Source: an uncultured Planctomycetia bacterium | Lineage (GTDB): Bacteria > Omnitrophota > Gorgyraeia > Taenaricolales > CAZCCH01 | DNA: 33,743 bases | Direction: 5' to 3' | Assembly (NCBI GenBank): GCA_964497315.1 | Contig: CAZCCH010000015.1 | Coordinates: forward strand, 1-33,743 | Part shown: in pieces, positions 9,449 through 18,900 of the stretch | Layout: every line of letters begins with the position of its first letter | Numbering within the stretch: the stretch's first letter is position 1 | Position numbers and translations under genes: made by a program | Notes under the pieces: generated by a model | Told to the model about the DNA's origin: nothing | Databases searched by the model: none | Seen by the model: the letters and a program-made list of their open reading frames with translations, nothing else

Positions 9449-9928
9449 ATGAAATCTATTGTCATTTATTATTCTTATAGTGGAAACACGAAAAGAATAG
9501 CTGATATATTAGCGGAAGCACTAAAAGATAAAGGTGAGGTAGAGCAGTTAGAGCTAGCTCCTCTTGATGAAGTAGATTCTTTTCTAGGGCAGGCCAAGAG
9601 GGCATTTTTTAAAAAAAGGGCTAAGATACAGGAGGTAAAATTAGATTTATCAGAGTATGATTTGATTTGCTTTGGAACCCCTGTTTGGGCGTTTGGTCCA
9701 GCACCTGCAATAAATACATACCTTGATAAATGCTTTGGCGTAGAGGAAAAAAGAGGTGTTTTATTTACTACATACGGAAGTGGAGCTGGTAAGGAGCGCT
9801 GTATTGATTATATGCAAACTACATTGGCCAAAAAAGGGATAAAGGATTTTAAGAGGTTTTCTATACAGCAAGGTAAGGTTAAAGATAATGAATTCGTATT
9901 GCGTGAAATACAAAACATCTCAATATAA
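9449..9928 (+). CDS. Flavodoxin-family protein
   Basis: MKSIVIYYSYSGNTKRIA N-terminal FMN phosphate-binding loop, GTPVWA, and about 160 aa in size. Confidence 0.8.
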   Translation: MKSIVIYYSYSGNTKRIADILAEALKDKGEVEQLELAPLDEVDSFLGQAKRAFFKKRAKIQEVKLDLSEYDLICFGTPVWAFGPAPAINTYLDKCFGVEEKRGVLFTTYGSGAGKERCIDYMQTTLAKKGIKDFKRFSIQQGKVKDNEFVLREIQNISI

Positions 9929-9941
9929 CTAGAAGGCTGCT

Positions 9942-10403
9942 ATGATTAAAAAATCGCAATGGATAATGATATGGCTCCTGCCACTTGTAATAATTGGCGG
10001 TTTATTTAGTTCTCTGCTGGGTTATGTGGTATCGGCAATGATGGTGTTTTTGGTTATTTTATCAATTTTTAAAGGAAGGTATTGGTGTTGGAATTTGTGT
10101 CCTCGGGGAGCATTTTTGGATCTTGCCTTTACCAGATTTAGTCTTAACAGGCAATTGCCTAGGTTTTTTACAAAGGCGTGGTTTCGGTGGTTAATATTTA
10201 TTTTATTTATGTGTTTTTTAATCTTGCGTATTTTTCAAACAGGTGGTAATATAATAATGGTAGGTTCAGTATTTGTAGGAATGTGTATATTGACAACCGT
10301 TATTGCAATTATATTAGCAATTTTTACAAAACGAAGAGGTTGGTGTGCTATATGCCCAATGGGCACTCTTCAAGAAAGTATTTATAAAAGAATGAAAAAA
10401 TAA
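9942..10403 (+). CDS. Membrane protein with two 4Fe-4S-binding-type Cys motifs
   Basis: Four TM segments plus GRYWCWNLCPRGAF and RRGWCAICPMGTLQ, as in NapH/MauN-like polyferredoxin membrane proteins (CxxCP motifs). Confidence 0.55.
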   Translation: MIKKSQWIMIWLLPLVIIGGLFSSLLGYVVSAMMVFLVILSIFKGRYWCWNLCPRGAFLDLAFTRFSLNRQLPRFFTKAWFRWLIFILFMCFLILRIFQTGGNIIMVGSVFVGMCILTTVIAIILAIFTKRRGWCAICPMGTLQESIYKRMKK

Positions 10404-10423
10404 GCGAAGGGGGGTGAGAGTTA

Positions 10424-10711
10424 ATGTTTCATGGACTTTTTATAATTGGAAAAGCCTTACTTTTATTGGCAGTAAGCTTTTTTATTCTACTCGTAGTTCC
10501 TAAGGCTAAACCTAAAAACGTTCAGACATTTGGCAATCTTTTAGCTGGTGCGCTTTGCGTTCTTGCAGGCCTCATGGTCGTTCTTGCTGTGTATGCATGT
10601 GCTACAGGTAAACCTTTAAAGCTTCGTAAATACATGATGCATAAGAAGGCATGTCCAACTGAGACTATGCCCGCAAAACCGATGAATCGCGGGATAATTC
10701 GATCCAAGTAA
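10424..10711 (+). CDS. Small hypothetical membrane protein
   Basis: 95-aa ORF with two hydrophobic helices. GGGGGTGAG SD upstream. Followed by an intrinsic terminator. Confidence 0.45.
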   Translation: MFHGLFIIGKALLLLAVSFFILLVVPKAKPKNVQTFGNLLAGALCVLAGLMVVLAVYACATGKPLKLRKYMMHKKACPTETMPAKPMNRGIIRSK

Positions 10712-10720
10712 GCTAATAGC

Positions 10721-10768
10721 AGGGGCTGTCCTAATTGAGAAATCATCTACAGGGCAGCCCCTATTTTT
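10721..10768 (+). terminator. Rho-independent terminator
   Basis: 12-bp GC-rich stem, AGGGGCTGTCCT (10721-10732) pairing with AGGGCAGCCCCT (10751-10762) with one G-U pair, followed by ATTTTTAT. Confidence 0.6.
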
Positions 10769-10810
10769 ATCTTTTTGATATGCCTTTTTTAAAAGGGTAA
10801 TATATATAAT

Positions 10811-11575
10811 ATGTTAGAGCAAGGAAAAATTAAACAAATAGCCCAGTTTTTAAAAAAGTGTAAAAATATTCTGTTTATTACAGGTGCTGGTATTTCCGCT
10901 GATTCAGGGCTACCCACCTATAGGGGTATTGGTGGATTATATAATGATAAAACTACAGATGAAGGGATTCCTATAGAAATGGCCTTGGCAGGAGAGACGC
11001 TTGAGAAACAACCTTTGGTTACCTGGAAGTACCTTGCCCAGATAGAAGAACGCTGCCGTTATGCTAAATACAATCGTGGTCATACAGTTATAGCTGAAAT
11101 GGAGAAACATTTCCCGCGCGTCTGGGTACTTACACAAAATATAGATGGGTTTCATCATCATGCTGGTTCGAAAAATGTTATTGATATCCATGGTGACATG
11201 CATGATATAATATGTACAAACTGTCAATGGCAAGAAACAGTTAAAGATTATAGCGAGATAAAAATCCCACCTTATTGCCCTAAGTGCGACACAATCGCAA
11301 GACCTAAGGTAGTATTTTTTGGGGAAATGCTACCCGTTGATAAGTTAGAGCTTTTAGGTAAAGAACTTCTAAAAGGATTTGATATATATTTTTCAGTAGG
11401 AACAACAAGTGTTTTTCCATATATCCAACAGCCAATTTTGGATGCAACATCAAAGGGATTGACTACCGTTGAAATTAACCCTGATGAAACAGCGGTATCG
11501 CATTTGGTGGATATGAAAGTTTCTGCGGGAGCTGCTGAAACACTGAATGAAATTTGGAAAGAATACAACAAATAG
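10811..11575 (+). CDS. cobB: NAD-dependent protein deacylase (Sir2 family)
   Basis: FITGAGISADSGLPTYRG, TQNIDGFHHHAG, IHG, a Zn ribbon CTNC...CPKC, and RPKVVFFGE. Confidence 0.92.
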   Translation: MLEQGKIKQIAQFLKKCKNILFITGAGISADSGLPTYRGIGGLYNDKTTDEGIPIEMALAGETLEKQPLVTWKYLAQIEERCRYAKYNRGHTVIAEMEKHFPRVWVLTQNIDGFHHHAGSKNVIDIHGDMHDIICTNCQWQETVKDYSEIKIPPYCPKCDTIARPKVVFFGEMLPVDKLELLGKELLKGFDIYFSVGTTSVFPYIQQPILDATSKGLTTVEINPDETAVSHLVDMKVSAGAAETLNEIWKEYNK

Positions 11576-11584
11576 TCTTTAAAT

Positions 11585-11878
11585 ATGAAAGGCAAAAAGA
11601 AAACTTCTGATAACGTTCGCTATGCAAAGCTTCAAGAGGCGCAATCCATTGAGTATGAAAATAAATGTATTCGTTGTGGGGCTTGTTGTGGAGCATTTGA
11701 TGGTGATCCATGTGAAGACCTTAAAAGGCTAAAAAGCGGCAAATATACCTGCGCGGTTTATAAAAAGCGCTTCGGTGATCATAAGACAAAAAAGGGTGAA
11801 GTAATAGAATGTGTGCCTATCCGTGAAATCCTGCATATCAACTGGCCTGGCAATCACCTTTGTGCTTATAAAAGATAG
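11585..11878 (+). CDS. YkgJ/UPF0153-like Cys-rich zinc/iron-chelating protein
   Basis: The CIRCGACCGAF (CxxCxxCC) signature near the N-terminus is typical of the YkgJ family. 97 aa. Confidence 0.5.
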   Translation: MKGKKKTSDNVRYAKLQEAQSIEYENKCIRCGACCGAFDGDPCEDLKRLKSGKYTCAVYKKRFGDHKTKKGEVIECVPIREILHINWPGNHLCAYKR

Positions 11879-11952
11879 AATTATTTTTCTTTCTTGATAG
11901 GATTCGGCCGTAAGTGATATAATATTACCACTATAATAGGGAGAGAGTAAAA

Positions 11953-12225
11953 ATGGGTGAGATAAAGGTGTCAAAGCCAAGCAATGAAGAACTTGAAGGA
12001 ATGGGAGTTTTTACCTGGCCTATATGGGAGAAAGAGGTTTCAAGGTTTGATTGGCATTATGATGATAAAGAGACCTGCTATTTGCTTGAAGGTAAGGTAG
12101 TTGTAACATCTAAAGATGGTGACTCTGTCAATTTTGGAGCAGGTGACTTAGTGGTTTTCCCCAAGGGCTTAAGTTGTTTTTGGGATATAAAAGAAAGCGT
12201 TAAGAAGCATTATAATTTTGGTTAG
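11953..12225 (+). CDS. Cupin domain protein (DUF861/Cupin_3-like)
   Basis: FTWPIWEKE...FDWHYDDKETCYLLEGKVVV...GDLVVFPKGLSCFWDIKESVKKHY matches the small EutQ/ureidoglycine-hydrolase-type cupin pattern. Preceded by a TTGATA-18-TGaTATAAT promoter-like site (11894-11923). Confidence 0.78.
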   Translation: MGEIKVSKPSNEELEGMGVFTWPIWEKEVSRFDWHYDDKETCYLLEGKVVVTSKDGDSVNFGAGDLVVFPKGLSCFWDIKESVKKHYNFG

Positions 12226-12234
12226 AAGTTTTTT

Positions 12235-14562
12235 ATGCGAAACCTACAAAACAGACAAAATAAGACATTTATCTTAAAACCTCCTGGGACGTATAAAACT
12301 AAACGCAAGGAGCGTCTAATTAAACCTACCAAACGAAAACCATCCATAAAGAAAAAAATCACTGTAATATTTCTTCTTGTATCAATAGCATTATGCTCTG
12401 ATTTATTTGCAGAAAGGCCAAGCTATGCAAATCAGCGCCGACCTAAAATTGGATTAGTCTTAGGTGGCGGTGGTGCTAGGGGTGCTGCACATGTAGGGGT
12501 ATTAAGGGTTTTAGAAGAAAATAGAGTACCGATAGATTATGTTGTAGGTACTAGCATGGGTTCTATAGTAGGTGGTTTGTATGCATCGGGCGTTTCCGTA
12601 GAAGAGCTAGGGGAGATATTTGAATCTATTGACTGGAAAGGCCTCTTTACAGATAGGCCATCACGCAAAGATTTGCCTTTTCGTCATAAGCAAGACAGAA
12701 GAAAACTAATTGATTTTGAAATGGGTTTTAATAAAGGGAAATTGTCTATGCCTAAAGGTATTATTGCAGGTCAGAAGCTAGAATTTATTTTAAAGTCAAA
12801 AACCCTGCATGTTACAGGCGTTGAAGATTTTAATCAACTTTCAATTCCTTATAGGGCCGTAGCCGCTGATATTGAAACAGGCCAAAAGGTTGTTTTAGAT
12901 AGAGGCAATCTTGCTGAGGCGATAAGGGCCAGCATGTCAGTACCAGGTGTGTTTTCTCCTGTTGAGATAGATAATCATATATTAGTAGATGGCGGGATTG
13001 TGGATAATTTACCTGTGGATGTAGTGCGGGATATGGGTGCTGATATCGTTATCGCGGTTGATGTAGGTACAAAGCTCACTAAGCGCGAACAGCTAAAATC
13101 CGCCCTAGATATCTCCATGCAGGTAATAAGTATTTTAACCTTACAGAATGTTAATGAGCAAATTTCTAAGCTTACCAAAAAAGACTTATTAATTACACCC
13201 GAGCTAGGTGATACCTCTTCTTCGGATTTCCATAATGCTCCAGAGATTGTTAAGATTGGAGAGGAATCGGCACGTAATTTTACAAAACAACTAGAGAGAT
13301 ATTCTGTTTCAGATGAGGAGTATCAAATCTTTTTAACAAAACAAAGAAAAAAAGAATTAAAATCAATAAAGATTGATTTTATGGAGGTTACTTCTACGGG
13401 AGGGGCGGCACCTCAAAGGATACAGGCAAAGGTAAAGACAAAGTCAAATACAGAATTAGACCTTGATGTCCTTCAGGAGGATTTAACACGCATATATGCA
13501 ATGGGGGAGTTTGAAAAAGCAGATTTTAAAATTCTTGAAAAACAAGACAAGACAGGTCTTTTAATTAATACTACGGAAAAATCCTGGGGTCCTAACTATT
13601 TACGTTTTGGGCTAAATATCACAGACGATTTTGAAGGTGATAGTTATTATAATTTTCTTACGGAATATACCCGCACACAAGTTAACGCACTTGGTGCTGA
13701 ATGGAAGACTGAGGCCCAGATAGGCAGAACGCGCAAGGTGCTCACTCAATTTTATCAGCCGTTGGATTATGCAGACCGTTTCTTTATTGTACCTAGTATC
13801 GAATACAGCCGTAGCGTTTCAGATATATTTGAGGGTGATACCCGCACAGCGCAATACAAATTAGCCTACTTGCAAGGAGGTCTTGACGCTGGTATAAATA
13901 TAGGGACTTGCGCATTGGGTAAAATAGGAATTGTAAGGGGTAATACGGAGGCAGGTCCACTTGTAGGTGGTGAGAGCTTGCCGGAATTTAATATTGATAC
14001 AGCTGCATTAACAAGTGAGGTTATATTTGATCAAATAGATGATTCAAATTTTCCTAAATATGGAATAACATCTGATGCTTATCTTTTTCTATCGCAAAGA
14101 GGACTCGGCGCTGATGAAAGTTATAAAAAGTTACAATTCCAAGCAATTAAGGCAACTACCTTTGGTGGTAGACATACCTTCCTTGCAGATATAGAAGGTG
14201 GGGCAAACCTAGGAAAAGAAATACCATTTTATGATGAATTTACAATAGGTGGTTTTTTATCCTTGTCTGGCTATAGAAAAGGCCAATTAAGAGGGCAGTA
14301 TTTTGGTTTAGGGAGGCTTGTATATTATTATAAGGTTGCTAATGCGTCTTCCGGGTTGGCAGATGCTATTTATATTGGTGGTTCTGCTGAGAGTGGAAAT
14401 GTATGGGATAAGAGCAATGAGATTGAAATTGGCAATTTACTCCATGGTGGTAGTGTGTTTTTAGGTGTTGACAATATCTTTGGCCCATTGTATTTAGGGT
14501 ATGGCCTTGCTGAAGATAGTGAAGAGGGAAGGTTTTATCTATTTTTAGGTCAAACATTTTAA
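12235..14562 (+). CDS. Patatin-like phospholipase fused to a POTRA/Omp85-type beta-barrel (PlpD/type Vd autotransporter-like)
   Basis: GLVLGGGGARGAAHVGVL oxyanion loop, GTSMGS lipase serine and DGGIVDN catalytic Asp. The C-terminal ~300 aa are beta-strand-rich and end GQTF (aromatic terminus), as in surface-antigen/BamA-type barrels. Confidence 0.88.
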   Translation: MRNLQNRQNKTFILKPPGTYKTKRKERLIKPTKRKPSIKKKITVIFLLVSIALCSDLFAERPSYANQRRPKIGLVLGGGGARGAAHVGVLRVLEENRVPIDYVVGTSMGSIVGGLYASGVSVEELGEIFESIDWKGLFTDRPSRKDLPFRHKQDRRKLIDFEMGFNKGKLSMPKGIIAGQKLEFILKSKTLHVTGVEDFNQLSIPYRAVAADIETGQKVVLDRGNLAEAIRASMSVPGVFSPVEIDNHILVDGGIVDNLPVDVVRDMGADIVIAVDVGTKLTKREQLKSALDISMQVISILTLQNVNEQISKLTKKDLLITPELGDTSSSDFHNAPEIVKIGEESARNFTKQLERYSVSDEEYQIFLTKQRKKELKSIKIDFMEVTSTGGAAPQRIQAKVKTKSNTELDLDVLQEDLTRIYAMGEFEKADFKILEKQDKTGLLINTTEKSWGPNYLRFGLNITDDFEGDSYYNFLTEYTRTQVNALGAEWKTEAQIGRTRKVLTQFYQPLDYADRFFIVPSIEYSRSVSDIFEGDTRTAQYKLAYLQGGLDAGINIGTCALGKIGIVRGNTEAGPLVGGESLPEFNIDTAALTSEVIFDQIDDSNFPKYGITSDAYLFLSQRGLGADESYKKLQFQAIKATTFGGRHTFLADIEGGANLGKEIPFYDEFTIGGFLSLSGYRKGQLRGQYFGLGRLVYYYKVANASSGLADAIYIGGSAESGNVWDKSNEIEIGNLLHGGSVFLGVDNIFGPLYLGYGLAEDSEEGRFYLFLGQTF

Positions 14563-14577
14563 CAAAAGGAGGTTGTC

Positions 14578-14937
14578 ATGTTTGTAAAAATTTTAGGTTG
14601 GTTTTGGATTTGTATGGGTATCCTACTTGTATTAAAACCTGAAATCCTAAAAAAGAGACTACAAAAACAAGCATTTAAAAAAATAAAAAAATATATACTC
14701 GCCTTGACAATTGTCTTGTCCGTGCTTTTAATTAAGGTTGCTTTAGCATCTCAAGGTGTATTAGCGAAAGTGATACTTATCTTTGGTATCTTTGGTATCA
14801 TCAAGGTATTTTTCTTTCTTAAGGCGGGTGCCATGGAAAAAATGACTGAGTGGTTTGCCGATAAACCGCTTATATTCTTTAGACTAGGTGCTTGCGTGCA
14901 TATAATTATTGGTATATTGATATTGAATTTAAAGTAG
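14578..14937 (+). CDS. Hypothetical membrane protein
   Basis: 119-aa ORF with 3-4 hydrophobic helices and a GGAGG SD upstream. Confidence 0.5.
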   Translation: MFVKILGWFWICMGILLVLKPEILKKRLQKQAFKKIKKYILALTIVLSVLLIKVALASQGVLAKVILIFGIFGIIKVFFFLKAGAMEKMTEWFADKPLIFFRLGACVHIIIGILILNLK

Positions 14938-14947
14938 GAAACTATTT

Positions 14948-15367
14948 ATGAAGTCTTATAGAGAAGAGTTATGGTTTAATACAAAAAAGAGAAGGGAATT
15001 TATTAATATAACCCCGCAAGTTGAGCAAGTGTTAAGAAAAAGCGGCATAAAAGAAGGTCTATGCCTTGTTAATGCTATGCATATAACAGCAAGTGTGTTT
15101 ATAAATGATGATGAGGGAGGCTTGCATAGTGATTTTGAGGCCTGGCTTGAAAAATTTGCCCCACATGAGCCTATTTCGCAATATAGGCACAATTTGACAG
15201 GTGAAGACAATGGTGATGCCCACCTTAAACGAACAATTATGGGCCGTGAGGTTGTTGTGGCAATAACTAAAGGCAAACTTGATTTTGGGCCTTGGGAGCA
15301 GGTTTTCTACGGTGAGTTTGACGGTTGTCGTAAGAAAAGGGTATTAGTTAAGGTAATAGGCGAATAG
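14948..15367 (+). CDS. yjbQ: YjbQ/UPF0047 family protein (secondary thiamine-phosphate synthase)
   Basis: [12 protein letters not shown]...[15 protein letters not shown]...[18 protein letters not shown]...RVLVKVIGE is colinear with E. coli YjbQ as I recall it. Confidence 0.88.
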   Translation: MKSYREELWFNTKKRREFINITPQVEQVLRKSGIKEGLCLVNAMHITASVFINDDEGGLHSDFEAWLEKFAPHEPISQYRHNLTGEDNGDAHLKRTIMGREVVVAITKGKLDFGPWEQVFYGEFDGCRKKRVLVKVIGE

Positions 15368-15420
15368 GACATGGTTGTCATTTAGATTGACGTTTTTAAG
15401 GTCATTTTTAGTAAAATACC

Positions 15421-15448
15421 TCGACATTTATAGGACATATGGTATAAT
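15421..15448 (+). promoter_or_regulatory. Sigma-70-type promoter with extended -10, upstream of the HTH-Fic gene
   Basis: TCGACA (15421-15426), 16-nt spacer, then TGgTATAAT (15440-15448). Flanked and overlapped by three ATAGGACAT(AT)G repeats at 15364, 15430 and 15465. Confidence 0.5.
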
Positions 15449-15489
15449 CTATTATAGATAAATAATAGGACATATGTCTTATAAAATGT

Positions 15490-16407
15490 ATGGATGGAAG
15501 AATGAAACCACATATTTTTAGCGATAAGGAAAAAATAATTAAAATCCTTGAGGCTACTGGAGTTTCGCGTTCTGAACTTGCCAGGCGCCTTGGGGTGACC
15601 TATAAGACTGTATATAGATGGTTGAATGAAGGAAGGATGCCACATCCGGTCCAATCTAGGGAAATTGAGCAGTTATTTAAAGAGCATATAGATTTAAGAA
15701 ATACTGTTTTTATATTAGCCAAAAAGGTAAAAAACCCTATAGAAATATTAGAGAATAATGAAGGGATACGAGATAGGTTTTTGGTGGAGATGACCTACCA
15801 TTCTAATGCTATAGAAGGTAGTCGCATGAGCAAAAAAGAAACAGAAATGGCCATTAAAGGCAAAAAGATAAAAGATAAAGAGCTATATGAAATCTTCGAG
15901 GTTGTAAACCACAAAAATGCCATGGAGTTTGCATTAGATAACATTAAGCCAAATTTCAAAATTGATGAGAATTACATTTTGAAGCTACATAGTATAGTGA
16001 TGTATAATTTTAATAATAAGCTACCGGGTAAATATAGGACAGGACCTGTAAATTTAATAGGTGCAGATGTGAAGTTGGCTTCAGCACAAGATGTTCCTCT
16101 AAAAATGGGCAAGTTAATCAAGTCTATTAATGATTATAGAGATGATCCAATAGTTAAGATTGCCAAAGATCACTATGAATTTGAAGTGACACATCCTTTC
16201 TTTGATGGAAACGGTAGGGTTGGAAGGCTTATTATAATGACGCAACTTTTAAGTAAAGGGTTTGCTCCTGCTATTATACGGGTTGAAGATAGATATAAAT
16301 ACTATTTTGGACTGGGAAGGGCTGATTTCGGAGATTATAATAATATCACACAGGTAGTTTGCGATGGTATTATAAAGGGATATGAGCTATTAAGCGGTGA
16401 AAAATAA
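15490..16407 (+). CDS. fic: Fic-domain protein with N-terminal HTH (class II, auto-inhibited)
   Basis: Fic active-site motif HPFFDGNGRVGR (16192-16227). N-terminal inhibitory motif SNAIEG ([ST]xxxE[GN], 15802-15819). HTH segment VSRSELARRLGVTYKTVYRWL. Confidence 0.9.
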   Translation: MDGRMKPHIFSDKEKIIKILEATGVSRSELARRLGVTYKTVYRWLNEGRMPHPVQSREIEQLFKEHIDLRNTVFILAKKVKNPIEILENNEGIRDRFLVEMTYHSNAIEGSRMSKKETEMAIKGKKIKDKELYEIFEVVNHKNAMEFALDNIKPNFKIDENYILKLHSIVMYNFNNKLPGKYRTGPVNLIGADVKLASAQDVPLKMGKLIKSINDYRDDPIVKIAKDHYEFEVTHPFFDGNGRVGRLIIMTQLLSKGFAPAIIRVEDRYKYYFGLGRADFGDYNNITQVVCDGIIKGYELLSGEK

Positions 16408-16408
16408 A

Positions 16409-16885
16409 ATGAAACATTCTCTAAAAACAGGATTTAGCTTTGGTTTAACTTCAGGTATCATAACAACGCTTGGTTTGATTGTAGGTCTGCATGCAGGAAC
16501 GCAGTCTAGGCTTGCAGTTATAGGTGGTATTTTAACAATAGCCATAGCAGATGCTTTTTCAGATGCATTAGGTATTCACGTCTCTGAAGAGGTAGAGCAT
16601 AAGCATACCCCGAAACAGATATGGGTTTCAACAGTGGCTACATTCGTAACTAAATTTGTTTTTGCAATGACTTTTGTCGTACCTGTATTGCTGTTTCAGT
16701 TAACAACAGCGGTTATTGTTAGTATTGTTTGGGGATTGTCCTTGTTGGGAGTTTTTAGTTTTTGGATTGCAAAGAAACAAAAAGTAAATGCCTTTAAAGT
16801 AATTGCAGAACATTTATTAATAGCAATTATAGTTATAGTTACAACGCATTACCTGGGTGAATTTATAAGAATGAGGTTTTGTTAG
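16409..16885 (+). CDS. VIT1/CCC1-like membrane protein (putative metal transporter)
   Basis: FGLTSGIITTLGLIVGL...IGGILTIAIADAFSDALGIHVSEE resembles the conserved VIT1 helix pair, followed by further TM helices. I took ATG 16409, just after the fic stop, rather than GTG 16397. Confidence 0.45.
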   Translation: MKHSLKTGFSFGLTSGIITTLGLIVGLHAGTQSRLAVIGGILTIAIADAFSDALGIHVSEEVEHKHTPKQIWVSTVATFVTKFVFAMTFVVPVLLFQLTTAVIVSIVWGLSLLGVFSFWIAKKQKVNAFKVIAEHLLIAIIVIVTTHYLGEFIRMRFC

Positions 16886-16917
16886 ATAAGATTATGAATA
16901 AAAAAGGAGATTTTGAC

Positions 16918-17406
16918 ATGCTTGTTCCTACAATAATTATGGGAATAATCGCATTTATTCTTCTTGCTATTGGATATAGTAAGGGACAGCACATAGCTGG
17001 TCTTAAATTAGCGTTTGGTACAATAGTTAAAATCATCCCGCTTCTTATTTTTGCCTTTATTATAGCTGGTATGGTAAGGAGTTTATTGCCGCAGGAAATT
17101 ATTGCTAAATGGATAGGCAAGGAGTCTGGGTTAAAAGGAATATTTATTGGAACGGCAGCTGGTGCAATTACACCCGGTGGACCTTATACATCACTTCCTA
17201 TAGTTGCTGGGTTTTTGCGTTCAGGTGCAAGTGTGGGGACAGTAGTTGCCTTTTTAACAGCATGGTCATTATGGGCAATACCACGCCTGCCCATAGAAGT
17301 AGGTGTCCTTGGCTGGAAGTTTGCCCTTATTCGCTTTGCAAGTACATTTTTCTTCCCACCTATAGCTGGTTTAATTGCTCAGGCATTTTACTCAGGATTT
17401 AAATAA
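16918..17406 (+). CDS. Putative permease (ArsP/DUF318-like, short form)
   Basis: Polytopic membrane ORF. GAITPGGPYTSLPIVAGFLRSGASVGTVVAFLTAWSLW resembles the predicted-permease family. ATG 16918 has an AGGAG SD 8 nt upstream, whereas the track start at 16879 is a TTG. Confidence 0.5.
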   Translation: MLVPTIIMGIIAFILLAIGYSKGQHIAGLKLAFGTIVKIIPLLIFAFIIAGMVRSLLPQEIIAKWIGKESGLKGIFIGTAAGAITPGGPYTSLPIVAGFLRSGASVGTVVAFLTAWSLWAIPRLPIEVGVLGWKFALIRFASTFFFPPIAGLIAQAFYSGFK

Positions 17407-17422
17407 ACAAAAGGAGGTAAAA

Positions 17423-17626
17423 ATGGGATTGATGGCAAGCCTCAATGAAAGGGTAAAAAAGCTTACCTATGTAGATCTTAAGTTAATACAAGTAGCAATA
17501 TTAATCATAGGTATTGGCCTTGTAAAGTTATTCCCACAAGTTTTGGGAATAAGATTACGCTATCTCATTGCACTTCTTGTTATCGCATGCATAAAACCAC
17601 TTTATAAATTCTGGATTAAGAAGTAA
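17423..17626 (+). CDS. Small hypothetical membrane protein
   Basis: 67-aa ORF from ATG 17423, preceded by AAGGAGGT. Two hydrophobic helices. The track start at 17375 lies inside the upstream gene. Confidence 0.45.
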   Translation: MGLMASLNERVKKLTYVDLKLIQVAILIIGIGLVKLFPQVLGIRLRYLIALLVIACIKPLYKFWIKK

Positions 17627-17635
17627 CTTTACGAA

Positions 17636-18346
17636 ATGAAATATCTAAATTATTTATTATTAGCCGTTGTTTTTACTGCAGCAGTTGTTGGGTTTATGCA
17701 CCTAAGCCCCAATAGAGATACATTATTTCAAGTATCTACCATAGAAGCTCTGTTTAGAGGTGAATATGATGGAAATTTGACCTTTGGGAAGCTTAGCAGG
17801 CATGGTGATTTTGGCATAGGCACCTTCAATGCCCTTGATGGTGAAATGATAGCTTTAGACGGAGATTTCTATCAAATTAAGGCAGATGGTAAAGCATATA
17901 ATGTTACCTCAGAGGCTATAACACCTTTTTCTTCTGTTACTTTTTTTGAGGTGGATAAAGAAGTATCATTGAGTAATATAACTGATTATAAAAACCTAAA
18001 GAAACATTTAGATAGTTTACTTGCCGAAAAAGATTTGTTTTATGCTATAAAGATAGAAGGGACCTTTAGGTATGTAAAAACAAGAAGTGTTCCCGCGCAA
18101 ACCAAGCCCTATTCACCACTTCTTGAGGTGTTAAAGAATCAGCCAATATTTGAGTTTAATAATATAAAAGGTGCAATGGTGGGATTCTATTGTCCCAGCT
18201 ATGTTGGTGGCATAAATGCCCCTGGTTACCACTTTCATTTTATTACAAGAGATAGAAAGGCGGGGGGACATTTGCTTGAGTGTCAGCTAGAAGATGCAAA
18301 AGTGAAAATTGATTACACGGATGAATTTTATATGATGTTGCCTTAA
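17636..18346 (+). CDS. budA: Alpha-acetolactate decarboxylase
   Basis: FQVSTIEALFRGEYDG...FGIGTFNALDGEMIALDG.FYQ and C-terminal GYHFHFI..D...GGHLL motifs are typical of ALDC. It has an N-terminal hydrophobic segment. Confidence 0.88.
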   Translation: MKYLNYLLLAVVFTAAVVGFMHLSPNRDTLFQVSTIEALFRGEYDGNLTFGKLSRHGDFGIGTFNALDGEMIALDGDFYQIKADGKAYNVTSEAITPFSSVTFFEVDKEVSLSNITDYKNLKKHLDSLLAEKDLFYAIKIEGTFRYVKTRSVPAQTKPYSPLLEVLKNQPIFEFNNIKGAMVGFYCPSYVGGINAPGYHFHFITRDRKAGGHLLECQLEDAKVKIDYTDEFYMMLP

Positions 18347-18363
18347 AAACGAAAGATTTTATA

Positions 18364-18762
18364 ATGAATACCCTTCCAGATAAGATAATAGCGTTTTTGA
18401 TAGCACCTGTTGCATCGTTAGGCTTTATGATAATTTTGTTACGCGCTATATTTCAACCCGCATTATCAGATTTTGGTGAGAAAATACTAGATGTTGTTTC
18501 ATTAGTTGCTGTTTTGGCTATAGCTACAGTTGGTTGCTGGTTTATGTTTAGGATGACGGGTAATAGTGCCTTTGTGAAGCTTGTTTTGCCGCTAATAGTC
18601 CTTATAGTTCTTTTTGTTGGGTTAAAAAGTCCTTTACAGAGCCTCTATCATAGAAAATACGGTAAACCCACCTCAGAAAACTTCTGGCTTTGCCGCAAAT
18701 GCGGTGTGAATAACGAGAACGTATATTTAGAATGCCAGCGTTGTCATTCTGCAAAGCCATAA
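18364..18762 (+). CDS. Hypothetical membrane protein with C-terminal zinc ribbon
   Basis: Three TM helices followed by WLCRKCGVNNENVYLECQRCHS (a RanBP2-like CxxC...CxxC). Confidence 0.5.
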   Translation: MNTLPDKIIAFLIAPVASLGFMIILLRAIFQPALSDFGEKILDVVSLVAVLAIATVGCWFMFRMTGNSAFVKLVLPLIVLIVLFVGLKSPLQSLYHRKYGKPTSENFWLCRKCGVNNENVYLECQRCHSAKP

Positions 18763-18900
18763 TACTTTTATTTATAATGAGTTATATAATATAGTTAGCA
18801 AAACAAAAAGTAAGATTTTTACCCTTGCTTTTTGCCAATATTATGGTATACTTATATATTGATATAGTAAAATAAAAGCTAATTTTGGTAATATAGCCGT

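Noticed and set aside
17109-17402. Nested same-strand or antisense ORFs within clear genes (459-644, 1158-1496, 2723-2932, 10937-11233, 11272-11595, 14956-15276, 15382-15654, 16863-17120, 17109-17402, 31930-32196).
   Set aside because: Each is fully contained in, or opposite to, an ORF with strong family motifs. Their translations are Cys/Trp/Arg-rich or low-complexity and lack start signals.
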